From positions 56,110,001-56,174,000 of the forward strand of contig CM060734.1 in the NCBI GenBank assembly GCA_030704615.1: a stretch of DNA of 64,000 nt, given 5' to 3'. The translations under genes and the position numbers were made by a program. The notes beneath the pieces are model-generated. The model worked only from the letters and a program-made list of their open reading frames with translations, had not been told where the DNA came from and ran no database searches. The first letter of the stretch is position 1, and the number at the start of each line of letters is the position of its first letter. Of this stretch, positions 23,760 through 35,996 are shown piece by piece. The stretch comes from Takakia lepidozioides. Taxonomy: Eukaryota > Plantae > Bryophyta.

Positions 23760-25777
23760 GGGGCGTGCTAGATTGTGAGCAGCTCACGTGAGCAGAAAAA
23801 ATTGTGAGCAGGATTCTGCTCACAGTTTTCGCCCTATTGCCACGGACCTGTACCTACTGGAAGCCTTATTACCATAGGCTTCAAGCATCGAAAATAAAGC
23901 ATTTTTTTTAAAGAGTGAGCCTGCAGGTTAGTAGCAACATTGTGGAGTGGTTGATTGATGTTTGAGTGTGTTTTGAAAAGGAGTTGGATGATAGGAGTGG
24001 ATGAACGATGGATGAATGTGCGATGAGAAAAGATGGATGAGAAAGAGAGTGGATGAATGAAAACGATGAATTCAGACCGGGGACCGCTAAAGGAAGTCCG
24101 AAAACACATCTTCAAATATGCAAGGCAGGGAAATTGGTGCTTCATAAATGTCTGTCTTAAAACAAATGATTCATTCCGAAAAGGCACTTCCACTGCTATC
24201 TGATTTTGAGCCCAAAACTGATGCAGAACTGTCTATAAAGATACTAGCCCGGCTCTGCACAAAACCACCTCTGTCGCGGACCACAAGAGGGGGAGATGAG
24301 AGGAGATGAATGTGCCAGATTAAGGTGACGTTGACGCCACCTTAATCTGGCTGGTCTTCTGGGCTGGAATTAAGCTCCAACAGGGGCTGGGAATTAAGGT
24401 GGTGTTGACACCATCTTAATGCCAAGCCTGTTTCCCTCTACGGACATGGCTGCTCGCCAAGGCTTTTATTTAGTTTTTATTGTTTTTGGGGTGAATTGTC
24501 ATGTTCCAACATGGGCTGGGAATTAAGGTGTCGTTGACAACACCTTAATCTGGCACATTTGGGGAAAAAAATAAAAATAAAAATGTCCCTGTTGGAACAT
24601 GACAATTTGACTCTGGAACAAAGGTTTTTCAAACCCCAAACCCTTTTGGAACATGACTCTTTCCCTTCCGAATGTGCCAGATTAAGGTGTCGTCAACGAC
24701 ACCTTAATTCTCAGCCCCTGTTGGAACATGATAATTCACCTGCCACCTTATCTGGTTGGTCTTCTGGGCTGGAATTAAGCTCTAATAGGGGCTGGGAATT
24801 AAGGTGTCGTTGACGACACCTTAATCTGGCACATTCGGGGAAAAAAAGAAAAAGAAAAAACAGTTTTTTATTTGTTTTTTTCCTTCCGAATGTGCCAGAT
24901 TAAGGTGTCGTCAACGACACTTTAATTCCCAGCCCTTGTTGGAACATGACAATTCATTTGCCACCTTAATCTAGTTGGTCTTCTGGGCTGGAATTAAGCT
25001 CTAGCAGGGACTGGGAATTAAGGTGGCGTCCACCTTAATGCCGAGCCTGTTTCCCTTTACGAATATGGCTCATGAGTCCTTGCCAAGGCTTTTACTTCAT
25101 TTTTATTTTTGGTTTTTGGTTTTTGGGGTGAATTGTCATGTTCCTTGTGAGGTCTGCGAATGACGCCACCTTAATGCCCAGCCTGTTTCAATGGTAGAAC
25201 ATGGCTGTTCGCTTAGGTTTTGTTTTAATTTTAAATGTTTTAATTGGTTTTTGGGTTGGATTCCCATGTGCCGTTTGAATTAGGGTTACCGTTTTGGGTT
25301 TCTGGCTTCCATTTCTGCTTTGGGGTTTGAGGTTTGGGGTTTGGAGTTTATTATTGCGGGCATGGGTTTTCGGTTTATGGTTTTCCATTGGGGTTTGAAA
25401 TTTGGGTTACGGGATCTGTGTTTGTAGTTACGGTTTTCCCGTGTTTCCCCGTGTATAGAATTTGTCGTCAATGCCGTGTTTGCCGTACAATCAGTTTTAT
25501 TTCAGTCCATGCATCCTCCACTCTTCAGGACTCACGTTCATCCCACATTCATCCATCATCCATCCATCACCTTCTTTCATTCATCCATGCCTCTTTCATC
25601 CGTCTGTTTTTTATGACATATTCATTCAGAACAGTTTACGTCCATAGCAATAGGCCCTGTATTACCTCGGCTGTAGGCTCTGCTTTCCTAATCTGCTCAC
25701 GCTTAAGGATTCCGCTCACGATTAGTGTGCAAAGCGTTAGCGTGCTCACGTGAGCTGCTCACACGGTAGCTACCCTC
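23760..25777. mobile_element. Non-autonomous MULE-type element inside a transposase intron
   Basis: Perfect 21-bp inverted repeat tgtgagcagctcacgtgagca (23774-23794 / 25743-25763) near the ends. 9-bp TSD cacttgcgt (23751-23759) / cacttgcgc (25778-25786). Confidence 0.85.
24310..25190. repeat. Array of palindromic units ATTAAGGTGTCGTTGACGACACCTTAAT in both orientations
   Basis: About 8 copies, flanked by tgtgccag/ctggcaca and ggctgggaa/ttcccagcc. Confidence 0.85.
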
Positions 25778-27057
25778 CACTTGCGCAAGTATGCTGCAAG
25801 GTCAGTCTGCTCGGGTGTGCTGCCAGCAAAGTCTGGGTAAGTCTGCTGCCGGCCTCCTAAGGGCAAGTCCACTAGAAGACTCACTTGCGTGAGTCTGGTG
25901 CGAGGTCAGTCTGGTCGGGTCTGCTCCTAACAAAGTTTGGGTAAGTCTGCTGCCAGTCTCCTAAGGGCAAGTCCGCTGGCAGGTGAGTCCGCCGGAGGGG
26001 ACTGTTCGGAAGTCTGCTGGCAACCCAGTCCACTCAGAATGCCCTCTGGCCAAGTCCGTTGCAAGACTTACTTACGCAAGTCTGTTGCGAGGTCAGCGTG
26101 GTCAGGTCTACTGGCGGTCTCGTGAGGGCAACACTCATGGCAGGTCAGAGTGGGCGAGTTTGTTGGCTGAATCCGTTAGGCAAATCCACTGGAACAGACG
26201 GGCAGACCAGTCCACCAGAGAGTCTACTGGGTTAGTGCCCAAGTCCACCGGCGGAGTCCTCTTTGAAGTCTCTCATGTGGGCATGTGTACTTTGCAGGGC
26301 TGTTTTCCGAAGAGTGCTCATTTTCTTGTGCCTTTGGTATGTCCGGCGGGCTTGGGTGAATCAATCATGCGCGAAAACCAAAAATCCTATCACTGCCGCA
26401 AACTTGCTGAAGGATATGTGAGACCTCATGTATTGTAGAGGTGGACCAAACGATCCCAAATAAGGCCTTGCGTGGGTAACAACAATGCTCCGAGGCATGG
26501 GAAAGAAATATCCGAATGGGCATGAATTTCTAGACTACATCGATAAGGAATGGCGTCCTAAAATAGCAATGTGGTGTACAACAGCTCGCCATGTTCCGCA
26601 TGCCAGTCAAGACACAAACGCTAGCATTGAGGCATACCATGGAAACTTGAAGGCAAGATTGAGGATGAGGAAATGCAAAATGACTGGGCGTAGAGTGTAT
26701 TGGCTCATATGGGAACTCACAGGCCATGTGCTAACACACTACTGATATGCAATTCACCTGAAGACGCACGGATTCATAAGGAATGACAAACATGAGAAGT
26801 GCATGTCCAGTTCTGTGCTTGCGGCACGCAACATCCCAGCTTGCAATGTCACTCTTCCGTTCCATCCGGGGCAACCAGCCTATGTTCTAAGCACCAATCA
26901 CCCAAGCACCAATCACCCAAACACAATTTACATTGTTTACAACCCCGGATGCGAATGAACTTCTTGCACTTGCCCATGGGCAATAGAGGGCAATTTGTGC
27001 AAGCATCAAGTCTGAGTCCTGAAGTTGCTTCATCCACACTTGTAGGATGGACTCATA

Positions 27058-28242
27058 CGCTACAGAAAAAGGGGGGGGGGGGAGGTTTCCGACGCCGCAG
27101 CCACGCCGCGGCGTTGTAAAACAGCCCTTTTCGGGCGGGGAAAAAAACCAAATTTGCGACGTCCGGGCGTCGCAAGTTTATGACCAATGGGGGTCGCAAA
27201 TATACGAAACCGCGATTTGCGACGCCCGGGTCAGGAAAAAAAAAAAAAAAAAAAAAAACTATTCCGCGATGCTGAATTAGCACCGTCCGGGGATCACAAA
27301 GTGCGACGCCCGGACGTCACAATTTAAGGGGGGTACATTTGAATTTAGGCAGGAAAATTTGAATTTGAAATTTGAATTTCAAAAACTTGTTGACTATTGA
27401 TTCCAGCGTTAACCATTGACTCCGGTTCTGTCTAATGGCGATATGTTCATTGTTCTACATATATCATGCAATGCATACTTGAACCTAAGACCTCCACGTT
27501 ATAACATTTCTAAGACACTACAAACTAACCAACACACCTACGCTACATCTATGTATCACAAAAATAATCTAAATATATATATATATATATATACATATAA
27601 AGAGTTCCTTCAAGTTCCTTCAAGTTCTTTTTAAGGGGGTCTCTCTTGTGACGCCGGGGAGTTGCAACCTCCACAACCTTAGTGCCCAGCCCCAGCCCCA
27701 GCCCCAACTCCAGCGTCATCGCCGTTGTTCTACCCCCCCACCGCCAGGCGCCCCAAACGACGTTCTTGAGTGGACCTAAGCTGCCCACAACACCATTGCG
27801 ACCCCCTGACGTCACAACGTTGGGCGTCCCAGCGCGGGGCGCCCCCAGCGACGCTTTTGTGAAGTTGAGGACCGCAAAGCCCAAAAGAAAAAAAAAAAAA
27901 AAACTCCCACTATGATGATGCTGTTGCGATGCCCTGGCGTTGCAGAGGCGCTGGGGCGCCCTTAGTGACGCTTTTGCGGCGCCGAGGCATCGCAATGTCT
28001 AAATTTTTTATTTTTTTTTTTTTTTTGGATTTCTGACGTCGGGGCGTCGCAAGAAAAAAAATGCGTCGCAGCGAGGGCCTTCTTTTCCCCTTCATGTCAC
28101 CTTACGACGGTTGGGCGTCGTAATGGTATCGCAGCGGGGGATTGCGACATCGGGACGTCGCAAAAAAATGTCGCGGGCTCAGTGCTGCGCGGGGCGTGGG
28201 GGCGCGGCTGGCATCGCAACCCCCCCCCAATTTGCTGTAGTG
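27058..28242. mobile_element. Non-autonomous CACTA element
   Basis: Ends cgctacag (one change from CACTA) ... ctgtagtg with poly-G/poly-C TIR extension; ATA TSD at 27055-57 and 28243-45; subterminal tgcgacgcc/ggcgtcgca repeats. Confidence 0.88.
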
Positions 28243-28574
28243 ATAGTGCGCGCTTGTGGCACGGCGCTGGGAACCATTCATGGAGGATTGCATAATGTGT
28301 TTAGGGTTCATGCAAGTGGCGGCGACGAAGAGGGTTTGGGAAATACAACAGAGGGCCCTTCCACAGATGACTTCCCTTATGATGCGGAGCCTGTCAAGGA
28401 CAAGAACATGACTGAACACAAACAAAAGATCAGACTAGACCGCGGCCGTATACACGATGAGTAAATAAGAATGAAGACAATCTTTATAACAATGAACAAG
28501 AGTACAAGATATTGGAACACGACTTGAATACTGGAATGTTAGAAAACTAGACTGAAGTACTAGATACTAGAGAC

Positions 28575-29787
28575 CCTAGTTGCAAATTTGGACGTGACGT
28601 GGCGTTGAAGCGTCAGCGTCACGTCTGACGTCAGCGACGTACGTGCATCATGTCACGTCCTAAACGGACATTACTGTACATAAATATGTTTATTTTTTTA
28701 CTTTACTATTGACTATTTACTATGAGAATCGACGTGGCAACCGATGTGGCCTCATTACGTGGACTTCATTATTTATTTGTAAAATTCATATATTATGATT
28801 TATATTGTCAATCATGCGACCGTCAGCAACGGTTGGTCGGACAATTTTTTTTTAAAAAAAAAATGTGCGACCACTAGAACGGGGTGGTCGCCCATTTATT
28901 TTTATTTTTAAAATGGATGCGACTACCAGTAGGTGGTGGTCGCAGCATTTTCAATTTTTTTTAATAGATGCGACCACAAGCAGAGGGTGGTCGCACATTT
29001 TTTCTTTTTTTTAAATTGGGTGCGAGAAAGTCGCATGTTATTTTTTTTTAAAAACTGCTGCGACCACCCTCATGCTGGTGGTCGCAGATATTAAAAAACA
29101 AAAAATTGCTATGACCACCCCCCTGCTGGTGGTCGCACCTATTAAAAAAAAGAAAAATGGTGCGACCACCCCCATGCTCGTGGTCACAGAGATTATTTTA
29201 AGGGAAAATAAAAATAAAAATAAAAATTGTTGCGACCACCCCTTGCTGGTGGTCGCACCTATTAAAAAAAACAGAAAAATGCTGCGACCACCCCATGCTG
29301 GTGGTCGCAGATATTAAAAAATAAAAAAATGTTGACCACCCCCTGATGGTGGTCGCACCTATTACAAATAAAATAAAAATTGTGCGACCACCAGTAGCAG
29401 TGGTCGCAACTGTTTAAGAAAAGAAAAAAATGCAACCACTCCTGCTGGTGGTCGCATCTATTTTTTAAAAACAAAAATGTTGCGACAACCCCTCTGCTGG
29501 TGGTCGCAACTATTAAAAAATAAGATAAATTTTGCGACCACCACCATTTGGAGGTCGAACCAATTTAACAATAATGATTTAAAAATGACCTCAAATACTG
29601 GCGGATGGAGTAATTTATAAAACAATTCATTCACTTGCCAAGGTGTCGCTTGGAATACAACATGTCCACCTACGTGACATATTTTTTTTACCTAACTCAT
29701 GTTTTACTAAATTTTCGGCAAAACTGACGTGACGTTGGTCGTGTCAGCGTCAGGTCCGACGTGACGTCACTGACGTGTGCAACCCTG
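28575..29787. mobile_element. Non-autonomous hAT-like element inside the LTR
   Basis: Right end tgcaaccctg (CAGGGTTGCA-type TIR); degenerate left end cctagttgca; 8-bp TSD ctagagac / ctagaaac. The empty site is present in the other LTR. Confidence 0.8.
28865..29560. repeat. Array of TGCGACCAC...GTGGTCGCA hairpin units with A/T-rich spacers
   Basis: About 13 palindromic units at a period of roughly 50-60 bp. Confidence 0.88.
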
Positions 29788-30799
29788 CTAGAAACTGGGC
29801 TAGAGTATTGGGAACTGGAAACAAGAGTAACTTGAACTGGTGTTGGCGAGACTGAAGAGTGTCCAGTCTCGCCTCCTATATATACTGACTACTAAGAAAC
29901 TTCCCTAAGAAGCTTCCCCTATGGAGGTTGCTTGCTGGAGAAGTTTCCAAGATTAAACAAATGTTTCTTGATGGAGAAGCTTCCTTAAACAAAGGAGGTA
30001 TCTTGATGGAGAAGTTTCCTCCAAAAGAAGCTTTCTGAGCAGTTTCCCAAGTTATTCTTGGTAATTTGGTAAACTCCTGGTAACTTGGTAAGTAATGGTA
30101 AATCATGGTAAATCACGGTAAGTCATGATAACTTCCGGTAACATGATAACTTGGTAACTTCTGGTATTTACTCCTGGTAAGTTCCTATGGGCTATGTCCG
30201 TGACATCACCCCCTCCTCTAGCGCTGCGTTCCTTGAGGAGCGGTAAAATCTTGGACTTGCTTAGAGTTGGAGAAAATCCAAAATCCGGCGAATGGTACTT
30301 GCCAAGTATTCGGGTCTTCGTTCTTGACTCAAATGATTTATAGATCCTTGCAACCATCGATAGTGTCCAATACCTTGAACTTGGGACCACGAAGTGATTT
30401 GAGCATTCTGATGTTTGAAGCTACCTTCGTTGCCCTCTGGGTCCAAAGCCTCAACCTCCAACAGAATTATCAGACTTCGAATAAGCTTCACTTGGCGTCG
30501 TACGGGGTCCAGACGAGGAAGTACGCGTCGCATTGGTGGCCCATCGTCTCGAGAGCGTCGGCGTGATGTTGAAGGTCATGAGAGTCGGAACAACTGATCT
30601 GGTAGCTGGGTAAGTGACAACTCCAATGTATCTGGCATACTGCCAATACAAAATGCAAGAGTGTTGGAAGTGTAGCTATATATACTGATGTATGGTGCTC
30701 CTCCCTCCTTAGCGTGTATAAGGTACATTGAATGTGGAGTCTTCACCTTGAAGCTAACTTGGCTGACATCATCGTTGTGACGTCTTATTGACGTGTAGC

Positions 30800-33700
30800 T
30801 CGGGGCTTAGCTGGATATCGTTGATGAAACTCTTGGACTTTGTCAGATACATTGGCGAGGTTGGATGAAGGTTCCTACATTCGTTCGCTGATGTCGTAGC
30901 TTTTCCAATGTACGAAATACTCAAGACGTTTATACTTGATGCGAGAGTCTAGGACTTCGTCGATCTCATACTCAATTTCCTGATTGACTTCGATTGGTGG
31001 AGGTGGTACGGAGACTCTCCCTGGAATATTCGATGGATGATACAACTCTAATAATGAAATATGAAAGACTGGATGGATGCGCATACTTCGTGGGAGTTCA
31101 AATTAAAAACTGACCGGATTTATTTGTCGAATAATTTTGAATGGTCCCAGGCGTTGATAATCCAACTTCCTTTATGGTCGCGAGGTTTGTATGTCCCGTC
31201 GAAGAAGCCACACACGATCTCTGACCTTGAACTGGGGTTGGAGTTGGCGACGTTGATCTGCATACTCCTTGTATTGTTTTTGAGCTTCTGCGAGGTGGAA
31301 TGTAAGCTCCTTGTAAATCATAGCAAGATGAGTAGCAAGGTTTTCTACAGCATGGCTTCCAACAGTCTTCATGTGGAAAGGGTTTGCTCGAGGATGATGA
31401 CCATAATTGGAGAAAAATGGAGTTTGCTTGGTCAAAGAATGTATAGTGTAGTTGTAGGCAAACTCAGCCAATGACAGAAGGTCGTCCAATAATCTTGGTA
31501 ATAATTTATTATAAAGCGAAGATACTGCTCCAAAATCTGGTTTACACATTCGGTTTGACCATCAGTCTGTGGATGATTAGCTGTAGAGAGGTTGATCTTA
31601 GTACCCAATATATGAAATAATCCCCTCCGAAAATTTGATATGAACTGTGGTCCTCGATCAGATACGATGTCCTTTAGGAACCCATGAATGCGGTAGATAT
31701 TATTGAGGAAGAGTCTTGCAGTTTCCTCGCCGGTAACCGTCTTATTACATGGAATGAAATGTGTCATCTTCGTAAAACGATCTACAATAACAAGGATTGA
31801 ATTGGTGGTCTTGGAAATTGGAAGGTCCCTAATAAAGTCCATAGACACGGACGACCATGGGCCCTTGGGAATGGGTAATGGTTGAAGAAGGCCGTAAGGT
31901 CAATGTCGTGGTCCTTTTGCTCTAGCACACGTGTCGCAAGATTTTATAAATTCTTTCACGAGTTTCCACATCTGCGGCCACCAATAGTCCCTGGATATCA
32001 ATTCCATTGTTTTGTTGAAGTCGAAATGTCCTGCAGCCGGAAGATCATGACATGTTTGAAGAATTCGAAGTCGTGTAGGTCCTGGAGGTACATAGAGAAG
32101 TCCCTTGAAATAAAGTAAGCCATCTTTGAATTCGAAGTCGTTTGTAACATGTCGGTTGTCTCAAGGTCGATTTAGTTGACTTCGTAGTGTCGTGGCAAAT
32201 TGGTCGCTCTTCAGTGCTTCCTGAATCCCCTTTATGATCTCTATATCGTCATAGGTGGATATACATAGCATATTCAATTGGAGATTTGCTGGTTTCAAGA
32301 TGATGGATTTCTGTTGGTCAAAAGCTGCATCCCCTTCTTTTGATGCAAGATACGATCGTCGAGAAATAGCATCTGGTTTTCCTTGAAGATGTCCGGGACG
32401 GTAGGTAATAACAAAATCAAACCTTGCTAGTGACATACTCCATCTCGCTTGACGTCGATTCAAAACACGAGCACTCATAAAATATTCAAGGTTTTTGTGG
32501 TCGGTATAAATAGTGACCTGATGTTTAGCTCCCTCCAATAGATGACGTCACTCCTCAAAAACATCGATAATCGCTAAAAGTTCTTTGTCATGGATTTCAT
32601 AATTGATCTCCGCAACGAAAATTTGCGAGAACAAAAACCAACAGGGTGAAGTCGGCCATTTGCACCATGTTGAGAGAGTATCGCGCCAAGTGCAAAGTCC
32701 GATGCATCTGCTTCCAAAAAGAATGGTTTAGATGGGTCTACATGTACCAGTATTGCAGTCGTTATAAATGCCTGCTTCAGCCTTTCAAATGTTTGGTTAG
32801 CTTTCTCGTCCCATACAAATTTGTCCTTCCATGTGAGTCGTGTCAATGGTGCAGCAATTTTGGAGTAGTCCTTGATGAAGATTCTATAGAAATTTACAGA
32901 TACTAGAATACATTGTACATCTCGGACCGAAGTTGGTTTAATCCACTTGATGATGATTTGTATTTTCTTCTGATCCATAAAGACTCATTTGTTGGAAATA
33001 ATCTAGCCCAAAAATTCGACTTCAGATTGGTGGAAAAGACATTTTTTCAATTTGGCATATAGTCCTTTTTTCCTCAATTTATCAATGACAAGGCATACAT
33101 TGCGACCATGTTCTTCTTCATTATGTGAAAATATCAAAATGTCGTCCAAATAGATGACTACAAAGTCATCTAAAAATTCTCGAAAGATGTCATTCATCAT
33201 GTGTTGAAAAATTGCTGGAGCATTTGTAAGACCGAAAGGCATAACACTGTATTCGAAATGTCCGTACCTTGTGCGAAAAACAGTCTTCCATTCGTCTCCT
33301 TCTCTTATTCGTACAAGGTTGTAAGCTCCTCTCAAGTCGATCTTTGTGAAAAAATTTGCTCGTCCAAGTTGTTCGAGGAGTCTGGAAATCAACGGTAGTG
33401 GGTAACGATTTTTTATAGTGACTTTGTTGAGCCCACGATAGTCCACACACATGCATAACGATCCGTCATTCTTCTTCACAAATAAAATAGGTGCTCCCGC
33501 GGGTGATTTTGAATGTCGAATGAAATTCTTTGACAAATTTTCATCAATGTATTCGCGTAAAGTAGCCAGCTCTGTATGAGATAAATTGTAGATCGGGCCG
33601 AATGGTGATTGAGCTCATTCTTGCAACTCAATTGCACAATCATAAGGTCGATGTTCTGGCAACATGTCTGCATTTTTCTTCTCGAAGACATAATTGAAAT

Positions 33701-35326
33701 CTTGATATTGAGTGGGTAATGTCGAAGTACCTTGGTCTGTTGTGGTTTTGATTGGAGTCGCATAAAGTGCAAATGTCGCGTCTTTCTTCGTAGCTCTCAT
33801 GAAGGCTTTAGCTCCAAGAAACAGGGGTTGAATGTTTTGGGTACTTTTGCATTTTTGTCTTGCAGAAATTTTTCGTGATCGCCAGTCGATGTCAGGATTA
33901 TGAAGTACAAACCATGGAAGTCCAAGGATCACAGGATTCGTTGGAGACTGGATGACATTGAAAATAATTTGTGATGTTTGATTTTTAAGCTTCACTTCAA
34001 GGGATCGAGTTTCATGGTCAATATTTCCTGATGCTAACGGTCGTCCATAGATGACTTCAACAGGGGCCGAGAATTTCTTTCTTATGAACGTTAAATTGTG
34101 TTGTTTCGCAAAGTCTTTGTCAATAAAACACGCTGAAGCGCCCGAGTCCAAAAGTGCTTCTACGGAGATATCTCGATTTTGCATCCTGATTTTTACTGGA
34201 ACTGTGAAACAATGTATAGGGTCTGGAGATAGAAAAAAACCATTTTTTGGTGAGGAATTTAGGGTGTCCAGCCGCATGGTCCCTACTGTGACTGGACATC
34301 TTCGTTTTCCGACCTCCTCGTATTGAACACTTGAGTTGTGCCCCGAGTTTTGAATCTCTTCTTGTTGGGGCAGTTTAATGCTATGCGTCTTCTCCGCAAT
34401 AAAGACATAACCCATTCGAGCGCCGTCTTTGTTTTTCTTGTGGCGTCAATGGCTTAAATTGGACAACATCAATCTGCATAGGATCATTACCGGATGTCTG
34501 ATGGATCGTTGTGTTGGGTGGCGTAGTAGCAGCGGCATGGTATGTTGTCGACCATCCAGATCGCTTCTCTTGACATCTTTCGAGCAAACGATTATCATAT
34601 GCAATGACTTGGGGGTGATGAATTTGCTCGGTGTACTCACGTTTGACATTGTCAGCAATAAATCTTCTACATCTTCTTTTAGGCCACATCAAAACGACTA
34701 ATGAGGCTCTTCTTATTCCAGTCGAGGTCGCACGCAAGTTGTCGAAATTCGGCAGCTTAAACGGAAGCTGGACGTGCTCTTTGTCAAAAATTTCGCATCT
34801 TTGTCTCTACAACTCTCTCTCTATTATTCTCTCCAAACGTTGCAGTGAACTCGGACATGAACGCTTCAAATTGTATAGTAAATGCGAATTTTTCTCTAAT
34901 AGCGGGTGCAAACCAAGATAGGGCAGTGCCTGATAGAAGGGTGCCCATGAATCCCACTTGAATACCTTCATCAGGATAGCGTTGTGGATGTAGTCGTAGG
35001 AACAATCGTACTTGTTGAACAAAACCGCAAAATCTTGATCTCGTCCCATCAAATTTTTTGGGCATGCTGACCTTTGGTTCCCTTGTAATTTGTTGAAGAT
35101 TTGGAGGAACCGTTGCAGTAGGATTTGTTGTAGTAGGGACTCGTAAGATTGAAGATCCATTGTTCGACTCTTTCAACTCTGAAATTTGTTGTTGCAAATT
35201 GTTGAGAGCGTTGCCAAGATCTTGAGACTGATCAACTTGTAGTTGGGCAGTAGAGGCATGAAGTTCTTGCATCTGGAACTGAAGACCCTGCAATGTGGCG
35301 ACCATTTCCGCAAATGTGCCTTCCAT
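30800..35326 (-). pseudogene. Chromovirus gag-pol (gag, PR, RT, RNase H, INT, chromodomain), multiply frameshifted
   Basis: [83 protein letters not shown]...YFVHWKSY. Confidence 0.95.
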
Positions 35327-35351
35327 CTTAACTAACTAAGAAACAAACTTG

Positions 35352-35362
35352 AGTCTCGCCAA
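35352..35362 (-). promoter_or_regulatory. Putative self-priming primer-binding site
   Basis: Sense TTGGCGAGACT just inside the 5' LTR is complementary to sense AGTCTCGCCAA (35634-35624), which lies ~25 bp downstream of the TATA. Confidence 0.75.
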
Positions 35363-35364
35363 AC

Positions 35365-35996
35365 TATCAAGGACAAGAATATGACTGAACACAAACAAGA
35401 GATCAGACTAGAGGTACAAGACTAGACAAGAAGTCAAGGTCGGCGCGGCCGTATGCATGATGAGTAAATAAGAATCAAGACGATCTTTATAACAATGAAC
35501 AAGAGTACAAGATATTGGAACATGACTTGAATACTGGAATGCTGGAAACTGGACTGGAGTACCAGATACTGGAAACTGGGCTAGAGTACTGGGAACTGGA
35601 AACAAGAGTAACTTGAACTGGTGTTGGCGAGACTGAAGAGTGTCCAGTCTCGCCTCCTATATATACTGGCTACTAAGAAGCTTCCCTAAGAAGCTTCCTC
35701 TATGGAGGTTGTTTGCTGGAGAAGTTTCCAAGATTAAACAAAGGTTTCTTGATGGAGAAGCTTCCTTAAACAAAGGAGGTATCTTGATGGAGAAGTTTCT
35801 TCCAAAAGAAGCTTCCTGAGCAGTTTCCCAAGTTATTCTTGGTAATTTGATAAACTCCTGGTAACTTGGTAAGTAATGATAAATCATGGTAGATCATGGT
35901 AGATCACGGTAAGTCATGGTAACTTTCGGTAATTTGATAACTTGGTAACTTCTGGTATTTACTCCTGGTAAGTTCATCTGGGCTATGTCCGTGACA
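35365..35996 (-). repeat. 5' LTR of the chromovirus (~632 bp)
   Basis: Direct repeat of the 3' LTR; TATATATA at 35658-35665. Confidence 0.92.

Larger units (their letters stand above)
28392..30205 (-). repeat. 3' LTR of the chromovirus (contains a 1.2-kb insertion)
   Basis: Matches 35365-35996 once 28575-29787 is removed. Confidence 0.92.
28392..35996 (-). mobile_element. Full-length degenerate Ty3/gypsy chromovirus (Tcn1-like)
   Basis: TG...CA ends; GAGCC TSD (28387-91, 35997-36001); LTRs at 35365-35996 and 28392-30205; PPT at 30206-30220; gag, LLDSGA, YLDD, RNase H, integrase, chromodomain. Confidence 0.95.

Noticed and set aside
28865-29560. CRISPR-like array of palindromic repeats and spacers
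   Set aside because: Spacers are low-complexity A/T tracts, repeats are variable, no cas genes are present, and the array sits inside a TSD-flanked eukaryotic transposon.
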